A stretch of 64,000 nucleotides of DNA from a virus (IMGVR_UViG_2974624810_000001:32001-96000), one strand, 5' to 3'. Numbered from the stretch's first letter, positions 32,433 through 41,819 are shown. The notes: generated by a model not told the origin, from the sequence alone. Made by a program: numbers and translations.

Positions 32433-32714
32433 TTGATTTGCGCCTATGGAGAATGCGGTAACATGTTTGAGCCCAAGACTCATAATCAGAAGTTTTGCAG
32501 CTCAGCATGTTGCCGTAAGGCGACCAACGCAAGAATCATGGAGAAGTATTACGCTCGCAGAGCACGTCAAAAAGGAATTGCTAGAACGTGCTCTCACTGC
32601 CCTACAGTGCTCTCCAGATACAACAGCTCAGACAAGTGTGAGGGCTGTAAAGCGGAGCAGCGCCGGAAGGAACGAGTGCAACTATTGGAGTTGATTGACA
32701 GTGTCTCTGTCTGA
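32433..32714 (+). CDS. Zinc-finger protein
   Basis: C..C..QKFCS..C and two further CxxC. Confidence 0.65.
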   Translation: MICAYGECGNMFEPKTHNQKFCSSACCRKATNARIMEKYYARRARQKGIARTCSHCPTVLSRYNSSDKCEGCKAEQRRKERVQLLELIDSVSV

Positions 32715-33267
32715 TATTCATAAGACAAAGGCTCAGAGAGTCATGGGAATTGACTGCTCAACCAAATCCATAGCATTCACCATTTTTGATGGAGAGAACT
32801 TCCTGAAGTGTGGAGAAGTTTTCTTCCACGGAGCAACAGTTTTTGAAAGAGTGCATGATGCGAACGTAAAGACTTTGGCACTCTTCGAAAACTTCTCTCC
32901 TGACTTTGTTGCAATTGAAGCAGCCATTATGGTTCGAAGCACATCAGTCGCTATCAAGATGGCGTATGTGTTTGGTGCCGTGATTGCTGCTCTCTTGAAA
33001 AAGGGAGCGACAGTAATTGAAGTACCGCCTATTTCATGGCAGTCATTCATCGGCAACAAGAATCTTACACTGGCAGAAAAGAATGCTATAAAGAAGGAAT
33101 TTCCTGGCAAGTCTGCAAGCTGGTATCAGAACAAGGGCAGGCAAATCAGGAAGCAGCGAACCATTGACTTTGCCAAGGATAAATTTGGCATTGAGCTTGA
33201 AAGCGATAACGTAGCAGACTCACTTGGTATTGCCTGGTGGGCTGTGCAGAACAAAACTAGGAGATGA
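32695..33267 (+). CDS. RuvC-like resolvase
   Basis: MGIDCS, VAIE, DNVADSLGIA. Confidence 0.85.
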   Translation: MTVSLSDIHKTKAQRVMGIDCSTKSIAFTIFDGENFLKCGEVFFHGATVFERVHDANVKTLALFENFSPDFVAIEAAIMVRSTSVAIKMAYVFGAVIAALLKKGATVIEVPPISWQSFIGNKNLTLAEKNAIKKEFPGKSASWYQNKGRQIRKQRTIDFAKDKFGIELESDNVADSLGIAWWAVQNKTRR

Positions 33268-33731
33268 GCATGATTGTAGCGGGAACAGGTCACAGAGATT
33301 TGAGGGACCGCGACTGGATTGCCTCCAAAACTGAAAAGGCCCTCATAGATATGGGGGCCTGTTTGGTTTATGTGGGTATGGCGTCAGGCTTCGACCTGCT
33401 ATTGGCTAAAACAGCATGGGGTCTTCGTATCCCATTCATTGCTGTAAAGCCGTGGGCAGGCCACACGCCTCGTGTAGCAGACCAATACGACTACAACCGA
33501 GCGTTGCAGTTGGCTGACGACGTGGTTGACGTTCTTCCCAACAAGGAGTATCCTGGCGCATGGGCATACCAGCGCAGAAACGAATATATGGTTGACAATT
33601 CTGATGCTGTTCTGGCTCTGTTGGAGGCCGGTAAGAATAGCGGTGGCACCTTCAATTGCTTGAAGTATGCTTCGGGCAAGAAGCCAATGAGAATCATTGA
33701 CCCATTGATGAAGGAGGTGCGAGATGTCTAA
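33264..33731 (+). CDS. SLOG-family protein (YspA/DprA-like)
   Basis: GTGHR, GMA.G.D, RNEYMVD, GGT.NC. Confidence 0.8.
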   Translation: MSMIVAGTGHRDLRDRDWIASKTEKALIDMGACLVYVGMASGFDLLLAKTAWGLRIPFIAVKPWAGHTPRVADQYDYNRALQLADDVVDVLPNKEYPGAWAYQRRNEYMVDNSDAVLALLEAGKNSGGTFNCLKYASGKKPMRIIDPLMKEVRDV

Positions 33732-33876
33732 CAGCCTCTACAAAAGCAAGGCATGGCTTCAGTCAAGGTACAGAACCAAGACTGCTGCACAAATAGCTGA
33801 GGAGTGTGGTGTGTCAGAAATGACCATCACACGTTACCTTGAGCTATACAAAATTAAAAGGAGGAAGAGTAGGTGA
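33724..33876 (+). CDS. Small HTH protein (50 aa, not in ORF track)
   Basis: AAGGAGG RBS; AAQIAEECGVSEMTITRYL. Confidence 0.7.
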   Translation: MSNSLYKSKAWLQSRYRTKTAAQIAEECGVSEMTITRYLELYKIKRRKSR

Positions 33877-34643
33877 AGTATTCCTCACGTGAAGACGTGG
33901 AGAAAATCGGTAGAGCTGGTGCTGCATTCGAAGAGGATGAGTACGGAACTCGATTCAGAATGCTAAGCAGCTTCTGGATGTATGCCGAAGATGATGATGA
34001 GGCAATGACTCCTCACTTCAGGAATGGTCTTTGTTACTGGGAAAGCTGGGTAACTAAGTATATCAGTGAAAGGGTTCCAGTAGGTTCCTATTTCGTTGAT
34101 GTCGGCTCTAACATTGGATATTACTCACTATGGGCGGCAGCCCATGGATGTAACGTCATTGCCTACGAGCCAAACAAGCATCTTGTACAGATGGTGGAGA
34201 ATTCAGCCAAGGCCAACGGCTACTACATAGAGGTATTCCCCTGGGCACTTTCTGACAAAAATGGCAAGATGAATTTGTATGTTCCAGAACATCACTCAGG
34301 AGCAGGCAGCCTGCATCACAAGCTGGGCAAGAAGACAGCGGTTCAGGTTCAGAAGTTCGATGATTCTTATCAGTTCGAGCCTGGTGACGATGTTTATATG
34401 AAGATTGATGCTGAAGGAGCAGAGCCATTCATTTGGGCCGGAATGCAGAAGTCATGGGAAACATACAACATGGTCATCTTCATGGAATGGTCCAATGCTC
34501 GCTACTCTGACGCATTTGGTAAGCGTCTAGTTGACGCGGCCAAGGTCAGTCTGATAGAGTACGATGGAACAGCCAGAGAACTGACCGAGCAGGATTTGCT
34601 TGGCATCAGCGATGTAAGAATGATTGTAGTGGAGCGTAAGTGA
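33873..34643 (+). CDS. FkbM-family SAM methyltransferase
   Basis: VDVGSNIGYYS, AYEPN, KIDAEGAE. Confidence 0.88.
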   Translation: MKYSSREDVEKIGRAGAAFEEDEYGTRFRMLSSFWMYAEDDDEAMTPHFRNGLCYWESWVTKYISERVPVGSYFVDVGSNIGYYSLWAAAHGCNVIAYEPNKHLVQMVENSAKANGYYIEVFPWALSDKNGKMNLYVPEHHSGAGSLHHKLGKKTAVQVQKFDDSYQFEPGDDVYMKIDAEGAEPFIWAGMQKSWETYNMVIFMEWSNARYSDAFGKRLVDAAKVSLIEYDGTARELTEQDLLGISDVRMIVVERK

Positions 34644-35260
34644 TTAAGATTGGCATGATGGGCGCTCACGGAACAGGCAAGACTTCGATGGCGGAGGCTA
34701 TGGTAAATAGCCCCGCCTTCAGTCTGTTTAGAACTGTTCCATCAACGGCCCGGCAGATAAAGGCATACGGCTATCCAATCAATAGAGAAGCCACAGAACT
34801 AAGTCAGATACTCGTACCTCTCTTGCGTATAGTAGATGAGGCAGAGGCATTCACCGATAAGCACAATCGCCTCTACAAGCAGGGAATCATTTCGGACCGT
34901 ACGCTGGTCGACTCCCTTGCTTACACCATGTACCAGAATGCAAATGTCTGGGAAGGTGGAGACCTTGTTGAGCATGTCACCTTCAGACTGACACAGATGT
35001 ACATGCAGACTTATGGGGCACTTCTATACTTCCCAATCTACTGGGATAATGTAGATGATGGAGTACGAGACCCTGACGAACAATACCGTCGAGAAATCGA
35101 TAACAACATAAAGACGATTCTTGAACTGCTAGGGATTGAGTATTTGACGGTTCCTAATGTTTCTCCAGAAATGAGAGTTTCTTGGCTGGCAGGCAAGTTC
35201 CAAGAATTCGATGAAGACGCAGCACGTTACTGGATGGAAGTTTTCCAGAACATGCTATAA
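34640..35260 (+). CDS. P-loop kinase (NadR/AAA_28 or dNMP-kinase-like)
   Basis: GAHGTGKT, SDRT.VD..AY, DDGVR. Confidence 0.8.
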   Translation: MIKIGMMGAHGTGKTSMAEAMVNSPAFSLFRTVPSTARQIKAYGYPINREATELSQILVPLLRIVDEAEAFTDKHNRLYKQGIISDRTLVDSLAYTMYQNANVWEGGDLVEHVTFRLTQMYMQTYGALLYFPIYWDNVDDGVRDPDEQYRREIDNNIKTILELLGIEYLTVPNVSPEMRVSWLAGKFQEFDEDAARYWMEVFQNML

Positions 35261-35284
35261 TTATCTTGAAAGTGAGGAGATACT

Positions 35285-35605
35285 ATGGGAACACCGACTA
35301 GACGACGCTCTAAGGAAAAGAATCCAGATAGCTGGTGGCAAGGAGCGTATGCCGGAATCCCACACATCATCGCTTCATACGAATTTGAAATTGATGGGGA
35401 TACAGTGCTCCCAAAGGCTCTCATCAAGTTCAAGAATACGCGAGGCTCTTACAAGTTCCGATGTGTGGCAACCAATACAAGGACAGGCAAAACCTGGATT
35501 GACTGCATCAATGCAGACACAGGTGAATGGAAGTCTTTCTATGTGGAGAAGCTAAAGGGACTGGTAAAGCCAAGGCGTCCACGTAGAAGGAGAAAGGTTG
35601 CCTAA
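35285..35605 (+). CDS. Basic hypothetical protein
   Basis: GAGGAG RBS; TGCTATAAT upstream. Confidence 0.65.
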   Translation: MGTPTRRRSKEKNPDSWWQGAYAGIPHIIASYEFEIDGDTVLPKALIKFKNTRGSYKFRCVATNTRTGKTWIDCINADTGEWKSFYVEKLKGLVKPRRPRRRRKVA

Positions 35606-36125
35606 AGAACTAGATACGCTTGACCGAATCGACCAAATGAATTCGGTTGTAGCAGCTCATCTTAAGGGCGACAACGCAACAGTAATTGCCCGGAATACGG
35701 GGATGAAGCGTGCCCAAGTACTCGAATATATAGATGAGTGGAAGGCACTGGCAGCCAACAATAAAACAATTCAGGCTCGGGCCTCTGAAGCCCTTACGAG
35801 CATGGATGAGCATTACTCTATGATTATCAGAGAACTCTGGGGAGTCCTAGAGGAAGCTGATATGAACAACGACCTCAAGACGAAAACGTCAGTCCTCAAG
35901 AACCTTGCTGACATTGAAGGAAAGCGCGTTGACCTTCTTCAGAAGGCTGGCCTGCTGGACAATCAGCAAATCGGTGATGAAGTCGTTGAGATGGAGCGAA
36001 AGCATGAGATATTGATTGGCATTCTCCGTGAGGTGACCTCCGAATGTTCTCACTGTAAGGTTGAGGTAGCACGCAGGCTCTCAAGAGTAACAGATAAGAC
36101 TGAAACGATTGTCGTTCCAAATTGA
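35598..36125 (+). CDS. Probable terminase small subunit
   Basis: N-terminal HTH plus helical region, directly before large terminase. Confidence 0.55.
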   Translation: MPKELDTLDRIDQMNSVVAAHLKGDNATVIARNTGMKRAQVLEYIDEWKALAANNKTIQARASEALTSMDEHYSMIIRELWGVLEEADMNNDLKTKTSVLKNLADIEGKRVDLLQKAGLLDNQQIGDEVVEMERKHEILIGILREVTSECSHCKVEVARRLSRVTDKTETIVVPN

Positions 36126-36170
36126 TTAAATCCCTTCATGATATACTTTTATCAATGAAGGGATTTAGTT

Positions 36171-37991
36171 TTGTCAGTTGATTTTGCCGAATTCTTCAAT
36201 GCGTTGTCAGACGATGACTTTGAAGAAATCCCGGTAGATATTGAGGTCTTCGTGCAGAGCGAAGACTATCTAGGCATGCCTCATTTGTCTGAGTATCAAT
36301 ACCAGCTTATTAGAGCATCAAGCCAGATTTACAAGCACAGTACTCTGCATAATCTATATGATGCTGAGAAGGCTGAGCGCAGATGGAAAGAAACATGTAA
36401 CGAGGTCATTGCCTGTTTGGGTAAGGGTAGCGGTAAGGACTTCACGTCCACCATCGCCTGTGCCTACATTGTTTATTTGCTTCTGTGTCTCAGGAATCCA
36501 GCGAAGTATTTTGGTAAGCCTGTAGGTGACAGCATTGACATTCTGAACATTGCTATCAACGCAGCGCAGGCCAACAACGTCTTCTTCAAGGGTTTCAAGA
36601 GCCGAATCGAAGGCTCCCCATGGTTTGTAGGAAAGTTCACGACGAAGGCTGGCCATATCGCTTTCGACAAAAACATTAACGTCTACTCAGGCCACTCAGA
36701 GCGAGAGGCTTGGGAGGGTTATAATCTCATCTATTGCGTTCTTGACGAGATTTCCGGTTTTGCGCTAGACTCCACATCTGGTAACGAACAGGCCAAGACC
36801 GCTGATGCTGTCTATAAGATGTATAGAGCATCTGTTGACTCTCGATTCCCTAACGAAGGAAAGGTAGTTCTGCTATCATTCCCTCGATTCAAGAATGACT
36901 TTATCTCTCAGAGATATGACGCGGTAGTTGCAGAAAAGGAAATCGTAGAACGTAATCACACCTTTAAGCTAGACCCTGACCTTCCAGATGAAATTGAGGA
37001 AAACAAGTTCTCAATCCGCTGGGAAGAGGACCACATTATTTCTTACAATGTGCCTCGTGTCTATGCCTTGAAGCGTCCTACGTGGGAAGTCAATCCAACT
37101 CGTAAGATTGAAGACTTCACTACGGCGTTCTTTACTGACCCAATTGATGCATTGTCTCGATTTGCCTGTATGCCACCTGACGCTATTGACGCGTTCTTCA
37201 AGGACAGGGAGAAGGTTGAAGCAGTCTTTGTCAGACCTAACGGTGTTGATGAAGATGGTGCATATCGTGCAGACTTTACACCGAAGGAAGGCGTGCGCTA
37301 CTATGTACACGTAGACCTTGCGCAGAAGCACGACCACTGTGCTGTAGCACTTGCGCATGTTGAAAAGTTTGTACAGAAAAAGATTGGTGGTCAGCTTAAT
37401 GAGGTGCTTCCTTATGTAGTCGTTGATGCTGTCCGATGGTGGACACCAAAGCCCGGCAAGGATATTGACTTTGCCGATGTACGAGAGTACATTACAGGAT
37501 TGAAGCGCAGAGGTTTTGACCTTAAGCTAGTAACCTTTGACCGATGGAACTCCAATGACCAAATCAAGTACCTTCGAGGTGCTGGAATCAGTTCGGAAGT
37601 TCTGTCTGTAGCAAAGAAACACTACGAAGACTTGAGCTGGGTAATCTATGACCAAAGAATAATAGGTCCAGACATCCCATTGCTCAGGAAGGAATTGCTT
37701 CAGTTGCGTATCATGCCAAATGACAAAATTGACCACCCTAGAACGGGGTCAAAGGACTTGGCAGACGCAACGTGTGGAGCAGTTCACAATGCAATCACAT
37801 ATACACCACGTGATGATTTTGGTACCATTGAGGTACAGACGTACGAGTCTATCCGACGTGCAGAGATTGAAGCGCGGCAAGAGGAGCTTGACAGTGTACG
37901 AGAACGTGATAATGTGATTGAAGCGCCAAGGGAGAAGCGTGTGATGCCAGATGAGCTTCACGAATATCTCACCAAGCTAGAAATCATATGA
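36171..37991 (+). CDS. Terminase large subunit
   Basis: GKGSGKD Walker A, VLDE Walker B, VDLA, KIDHP..GSKDLADA. Confidence 0.93.
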   Translation: MSVDFAEFFNALSDDDFEEIPVDIEVFVQSEDYLGMPHLSEYQYQLIRASSQIYKHSTLHNLYDAEKAERRWKETCNEVIACLGKGSGKDFTSTIACAYIVYLLLCLRNPAKYFGKPVGDSIDILNIAINAAQANNVFFKGFKSRIEGSPWFVGKFTTKAGHIAFDKNINVYSGHSEREAWEGYNLIYCVLDEISGFALDSTSGNEQAKTADAVYKMYRASVDSRFPNEGKVVLLSFPRFKNDFISQRYDAVVAEKEIVERNHTFKLDPDLPDEIEENKFSIRWEEDHIISYNVPRVYALKRPTWEVNPTRKIEDFTTAFFTDPIDALSRFACMPPDAIDAFFKDREKVEAVFVRPNGVDEDGAYRADFTPKEGVRYYVHVDLAQKHDHCAVALAHVEKFVQKKIGGQLNEVLPYVVVDAVRWWTPKPGKDIDFADVREYITGLKRRGFDLKLVTFDRWNSNDQIKYLRGAGISSEVLSVAKKHYEDLSWVIYDQRIIGPDIPLLRKELLQLRIMPNDKIDHPRTGSKDLADATCGAVHNAITYTPRDDFGTIEVQTYESIRRAEIEARQEELDSVRERDNVIEAPREKRVMPDELHEYLTKLEII

Positions 37992-38004
37992 CCGGAGGTA
38001 TGCC

Positions 38005-38541
38005 ATGCCTGATTTACAGCGTAAGCCGAAGGGAATCTCACGAGCTGAGATTTCTCAGATATTGGCTGACCGCGACGGCTACATATGTCAATTCCCAGGC
38101 TGTGACCTTCCATTCACGAAGGATAACGGACCTACCATCGACCACTGGATTCCTTTGAGCGGTGGAGGTACATGGGACATGGCTAACTTGAAGCTGATGC
38201 ACCGAAAGTGTAACTCTGCCAAGGGCAATCACATGCCACTTGACGACAGTACACTTCCTGTGATACCAAAGAAGGAGCGAGTCAGCCGCGCACTCAAGCG
38301 CAGCGAACGACCGGAAGTCTGTGAGAGATGTCAGTCTGGTAGACTTCTCGGCCCAGAGGAAGAGTGTGACCAATGTGGTAGCGGTCCAATGCCGCCACGT
38401 TACCCTCAGTGGGCTAAGATGAAGCCAAACGACTGTACTCACGAAGGCATCTGGTGGTGTTGGTGCTGCATGAGTGGTGTGGTTGACAGAGTGCCAGCCA
38501 GTAAGATAGTGTTTGATGGAGGAGAGCCGGGGATAGACTAG
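38005..38541 (+). CDS. HNH endonuclease
   Basis: RDG..C...C, TIDHWIPLS.GG....NL...H..CN..K. Confidence 0.88.
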   Translation: MPDLQRKPKGISRAEISQILADRDGYICQFPGCDLPFTKDNGPTIDHWIPLSGGGTWDMANLKLMHRKCNSAKGNHMPLDDSTLPVIPKKERVSRALKRSERPEVCERCQSGRLLGPEEECDQCGSGPMPPRYPQWAKMKPNDCTHEGIWWCWCCMSGVVDRVPASKIVFDGGEPGID

Positions 38542-38566
38542 TCCCCGGCACGATAAAGGAGTCAGA

Positions 38567-38818
38567 ATGCGTTACGAGGGCATTATTGAAGAGTATGAAA
38601 ACCTTCGTGAAAAGTGTTACAGAGCCATCAAGCGTGGCGACAGAAAGTTGCTCGGTAGTGATTATTGGCTTCGGGCAGCGATTCAGGAAACTGATATACA
38701 GATGATTGTTCACGCCAACGGTATCGAGTGCTATGGCTCTTGTTATACCATGCAGACGATGGATACTGAACACTTCAGCATTCTGATTCCTCTCTCAGAA
38801 TTGGAGAGTAATGACTGA
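38567..38818 (+). CDS. Hypothetical protein
   Basis: AAGGAG RBS. Confidence 0.6.
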   Translation: MRYEGIIEEYENLREKCYRAIKRGDRKLLGSDYWLRAAIQETDIQMIVHANGIECYGSCYTMQTMDTEHFSILIPLSELESND

Positions 38819-39416
38819 CGTAGATATTGTCCTTATCGTTGACCGCTCTGGTAGCATGATGCGAATTAAGGAAGAGGCAGAAGGAGCCCTCAACACGTTC
38901 CTTGACGAACAGCTAAGTGTTGAAGGTGATGTTTTTGTCACCTACGTGCAGTTTGATGACAGGTATGAGACCAAGTTTGAGAAGGTTGGTCTTGCCAATG
39001 CGGTTGGTACAGTAAGTATCGAGCCTCGTGGCATGACCGCCCTTCTTGACGCAATCGGTAAGACCGTAGTAAACTATGTACCACAGACCGAGAAGACAAT
39101 CTATGTCGTCATGACAGATGGCCTGGAGAATGCTTCACAGGAGTGGACCGTAGAGACGGTCAATCAGCTCATCACTGAATCAAAGCAGCACGGTGACGAA
39201 TTCGTTTATCTTGGTGCCAATCAAGACGCCATCGCAGTAGGCTCTAAGCTAGGAATCCCTGTGGCTTCCAGCCTGACCTTTGCTGCGGACAAGGCAGGAC
39301 TTGACGCGGTGTCAAGGAGTATGACAAGCTATGTAACAGCTACTCGTTCAGGTCTTGCCTACGAGTTCACTGACGAAGACCGTAAGAACGCAACGGGCTT
39401 GACAGACAGCGAGTGA
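38811..39416 (+). CDS. vWA-domain protein
   Basis: MIDAS DRSGSM, GMTALLDAIG, TDG.ENAS. Confidence 0.88.
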   Translation: MTDVDIVLIVDRSGSMMRIKEEAEGALNTFLDEQLSVEGDVFVTYVQFDDRYETKFEKVGLANAVGTVSIEPRGMTALLDAIGKTVVNYVPQTEKTIYVVMTDGLENASQEWTVETVNQLITESKQHGDEFVYLGANQDAIAVGSKLGIPVASSLTFAADKAGLDAVSRSMTSYVTATRSGLAYEFTDEDRKNATGLTDSE

Positions 39417-39427
39417 GCTGCTAAAGT
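39399..39427 (+). promoter_or_regulatory. Promoter for Y-like RNA 1 and first tRNA block
   Basis: TTGACA-N17-TAAAGT; predicted start about 39434. Confidence 0.75.
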
Positions 39428-39433
39428 AGTAAA

Positions 39434-39520
39434 TGTGGGTCGAAAGAGAGTTGGTTATCTTTCAAACAATGGTGAATACGCTCCGATAGGGGCTCTCCGA
39501 TTCTCGCCCTTATATCCACA
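39434..39520 (+). ncRNA. Y-RNA-like RNA 1 (minimal)
   Basis: TGTGGGT/ATCCACA terminal stem, GTCGAAAG motif, GAGAGTTGG/CCGATTCTC stem; homologous to 41008 and 47897. Confidence 0.7.
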
Positions 39521-39524
39521 CAAT

Positions 39525-39595
39525 GCATCGGTGGTGTAGTGGTAACACGCTGTCCTTCCAAGTCAGAATTGCGGGTTCGATTCCCGCTCGGTGCT
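39525..39595 (+). tRNA. tRNA-Gly(TCC)
   Basis: Cloverleaf; loop CTTCCAA; U73. Confidence 0.9.
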
Positions 39596-39729
39596 CCGAA
39601 GACCTGGATTCGCCTCTGCTGACTTTTGTCAGCACGCTACCAGCAAAATATAGTCCGGACTATATTTTGGCCTCTGGCCCGGAGGTGTTAAGAGAGTGAC
39701 AGGCTCTTTAACTGTCAGGGCAACACCAT

Positions 39730-39801
39730 TCCCCTTTGGTGTAACCGGCAACACAACAGACTCTGAATCTGTAGTTCCTAGTTCGAATCTAGGTTGGGGA
39801 G
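39730..39801 (+). tRNA. tRNA-Gln(CTG)
   Basis: ACAGA-CTCTGAA-TCTGT; two acceptor mismatches. Confidence 0.85.
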
Positions 39802-40008
39802 CTGGTCCGACTTTACGATATCGGCGGAAATAACGGAATCGGAACTCACATAATAACCATGGTAAAAGTGAGGAATGAGGAAGGGAAATAAGCGGGAAGC
39901 GATGGGTAAAACCTCCTCGGACCGACAACTTGAAGGTGGGCTGGTTGCATACTAGTTAGCGTAATCGAACCTCCAGCATTAACGTTGGCGTACTAACACC
40001 TTCAACAT

Positions 40009-40079
40009 ATGTCCTAAGTGTTACGGAAGCACGGAAGGCTCCAACCCTTCAGGCGTGGGTTCGACTCCTACAGGACATG
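40009..40079 (+). tRNA. tRNA-Trp(CCA)
   Basis: GAAGG-CTCCAAC-CCTTC; ATGTCCT/AGGACAT acceptor. Confidence 0.88.
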
Positions 40080-40094
40080 CAATTAATATAAAAT

Positions 40095-40124
40095 AGCCCC
40101 GGCCTAAATTAAAAGGCCGGGGCT
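40095..40124. terminator. Strong hairpin, possible terminator
   Basis: AGCCCCGGCCT / AGGCCGGGGCT inverted repeat with A-rich flanks. Confidence 0.55.
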
Positions 40125-40144
40125 GAAAACTTTAAGGAGGGAAA

Positions 40145-40654
40145 GTGGGATATTACACAGACTTCAGACTGAGTGTTGAAGGCTCTGGCCCGGTGTATGA
40201 TAAGCTCATGGCTGAGAAGGACAACGTAACCATCTCTCGTGGAGACTACGATTGGAACTTCGGCCGGTGGGTAAGCGAGAACTACACCGAAAACGCAAAG
40301 TGGTACGACTGGGAAGACGACATGAAGTCATTCTCTCGTGAATGGCCAAACGTGCTGTTCATCCTTGAGGGAAGTGGCGAGGAGCCAGGTGACATGTGGA
40401 AGGCATGGTTCAGAAATGGTGCCATGCGCAAGATTGAAGCCAAGATTGTCTTCGAGACCATTGACCCTGAGCTTGACAAGTACCTCCCATACGACTACGA
40501 TTTGGAGAAGAGGTTGGCCAAGAAGTACGTGGATGACCTCAAGGCGCGCAAGCAGGCCCTTGAAGCGGAGCTACTAAGGCTTCAGTCCACGCTTGACAGC
40601 CACACAGCAGATGATGTAAGCTTCAATAAGACGGTCAGCAAGGACAACCGCTGA
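40145..40654 (+). CDS. Hypothetical protein
   Basis: AAGGAGG RBS; MGYYT..KWY..F.LEG.GEE..D.W pattern. Confidence 0.75.
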   Translation: MGYYTDFRLSVEGSGPVYDKLMAEKDNVTISRGDYDWNFGRWVSENYTENAKWYDWEDDMKSFSREWPNVLFILEGSGEEPGDMWKAWFRNGAMRKIEAKIVFETIDPELDKYLPYDYDLEKRLAKKYVDDLKARKQALEAELLRLQSTLDSHTADDVSFNKTVSKDNR

Positions 40655-40662
40655 ACACGAGG

Positions 40663-40691
40663 TTGACACCAACTAGAGCATCTGCTAAGAT
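40663..40691 (+). promoter_or_regulatory. Promoter
   Basis: TTGACA-N17-TAAGAT. Confidence 0.75.
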
Positions 40692-40722
40692 TAAGTACAA
40701 CGCAGCAAGCGATTGCTGCTAT

Positions 40723-40794
40723 CAGGCACGGGGAAGATGGTAATCCGTTGGCTTTGGAAGCCTAAGAAACTCGGTTCGATTCCGAGGTGCCTGA
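40723..40794 (+). tRNA. tRNA-Pro(TGG), divergent copy
   Basis: CAGGCAC/GTGCCTG-A; loop TTTGGAA. Confidence 0.8.
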
Positions 40795-40929
40795 CCGAAT
40801 GCAGTTCCTAGGGACTGCACGTCCTGCGAGGGTGAGTGAGGGAGCGCCTGAATCTTGCGAGGTTCGGGACCGAGTTCGAGGCTCGGCACACTGCGTACTG
40901 GGGCTGATACGATAACTCAGCAAATACTT

Positions 40930-41004
40930 CGGGATATAGCTCAGCTTGGTCAGAGCGCTGCATTTGGGATGCAGAAGTCGCTGGTTCGAATCCAGTTATC
41001 CCGA
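40930..41004 (+). tRNA. tRNA-Pro(TGG)
   Basis: CTGCA-TTTGGGA-TGCAG; canonical. Confidence 0.93.
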
Positions 41005-41007
41005 CAA

Positions 41008-41157
41008 TTTGGGTCGAAAGAGATACGGTTATCTTACAATGGATAATAGGTTCGATTCCTATCGGTGCTGTAACATGCGCTGTGTAAGGTCATCCGAGAT
41101 GTGCGTGGTAGGATGGCATTGGGACTACGCTCTCTCCGTTCTCATCACTTACCTAAA
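41008..41157 (+). ncRNA. Y-RNA-like RNA 2 (YrlA-type, tRNA-mimic domain)
   Basis: TTTGGGT/ACCTAAA stem, GTCGAAAG, then T-arm ATAGG-TTCGATT-CCTAT, closed acceptor-like hairpin, D-like arm with TGGTA. Confidence 0.8.
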
Positions 41158-41166
41158 GGACTTATT

Positions 41167-41688
41167 ATGACGGTACTTCTTAGGACAATCCATGGAAGTC
41201 ACTTGTACGGACTCGCTCATAAGGGTTCAGATAAGGACATCTATGAAGTAATCGCTACGAAGCGCACCGCTCGTAAGCGAAACATTAAGCAAACCATCGT
41301 GAATGGAGTTGACAAAACGGTTGTAGACCTGTCAACATTCATGCATATGGTTGACGAATGCGTACCTCAAGCACTTGAAGCACTATGGACGCCGGTAGCT
41401 GAAGTTGATAGACTTCACGAATTCCGGACACAATATCGAGTGAATCGTGCCAAGATGAAGGAAGTATACATTCGAACTGCTCTGAACTTTGCCAAACACG
41501 ATGACGTAAAGCGTAAGCGACATGCAATTCGCTTGCTTCTGAATCTTGGTGCAGCATTGGAATACGGGAAGTTCAATCCCCGACTGTCCAATATGGATAA
41601 GTTCATTCTCCGCTCATCACTCGGAGAATCTGGAGCATATGAGGACGTCTTCCTTGGCGTTCTTGATGAAGTACAAAAGTGGGTCTGA
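41167..41688 (+). CDS. Pol-beta-superfamily nucleotidyltransferase (RlaP-like)
   Basis: HGSHLYGL...SDKD; AAGGA RBS before ATG 41167. Confidence 0.8.
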   Translation: MTVLLRTIHGSHLYGLAHKGSDKDIYEVIATKRTARKRNIKQTIVNGVDKTVVDLSTFMHMVDECVPQALEALWTPVAEVDRLHEFRTQYRVNRAKMKEVYIRTALNFAKHDDVKRKRHAIRLLLNLGAALEYGKFNPRLSNMDKFILRSSLGESGAYEDVFLGVLDEVQKWV

Positions 41689-41702
41689 AAGGCTCACGCC
41701 AC

Positions 41703-41779
41703 TGGGGCGTATACCCTCTGTCTGATAAACAGTTGAAAGGTTAAGTGGTCACATGTGGGTTCAACTCCCACCGTCCCAA
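41703..41779 (+). tRNA. Non-canonical tRNA-Ile(GAT), relocated D-loop
   Basis: Acceptor, anticodon and T arms intact; no D hairpin; AGTGGT lies 3' of the anticodon arm. Confidence 0.75.
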
Positions 41780-41819
41780 CTGGTCTCAATGGTGAGACAC
41801 TGACAACACAACTAATACT

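Noticed and set aside
22144-37991. Inteins or introns in DnaB, DnaE, RecA or terminase
   Set aside because: Normal lengths, contiguous motifs, no splice-junction signatures.
39801-39810. GCTGGTCCGA match to vertebrate Y RNA 5' ends
   Set aside because: Only 10 nt, and its partner strand pairs perfectly without the bulged C that Ro binding uses; likely coincidence.
40855-41170. ORFs 40855-41046 and 40946-41170, and 5' extensions of ORFs 41101, 47937 and 61775
   Set aside because: They overlap tRNA or Y-like RNA genes; downstream starts fit better.
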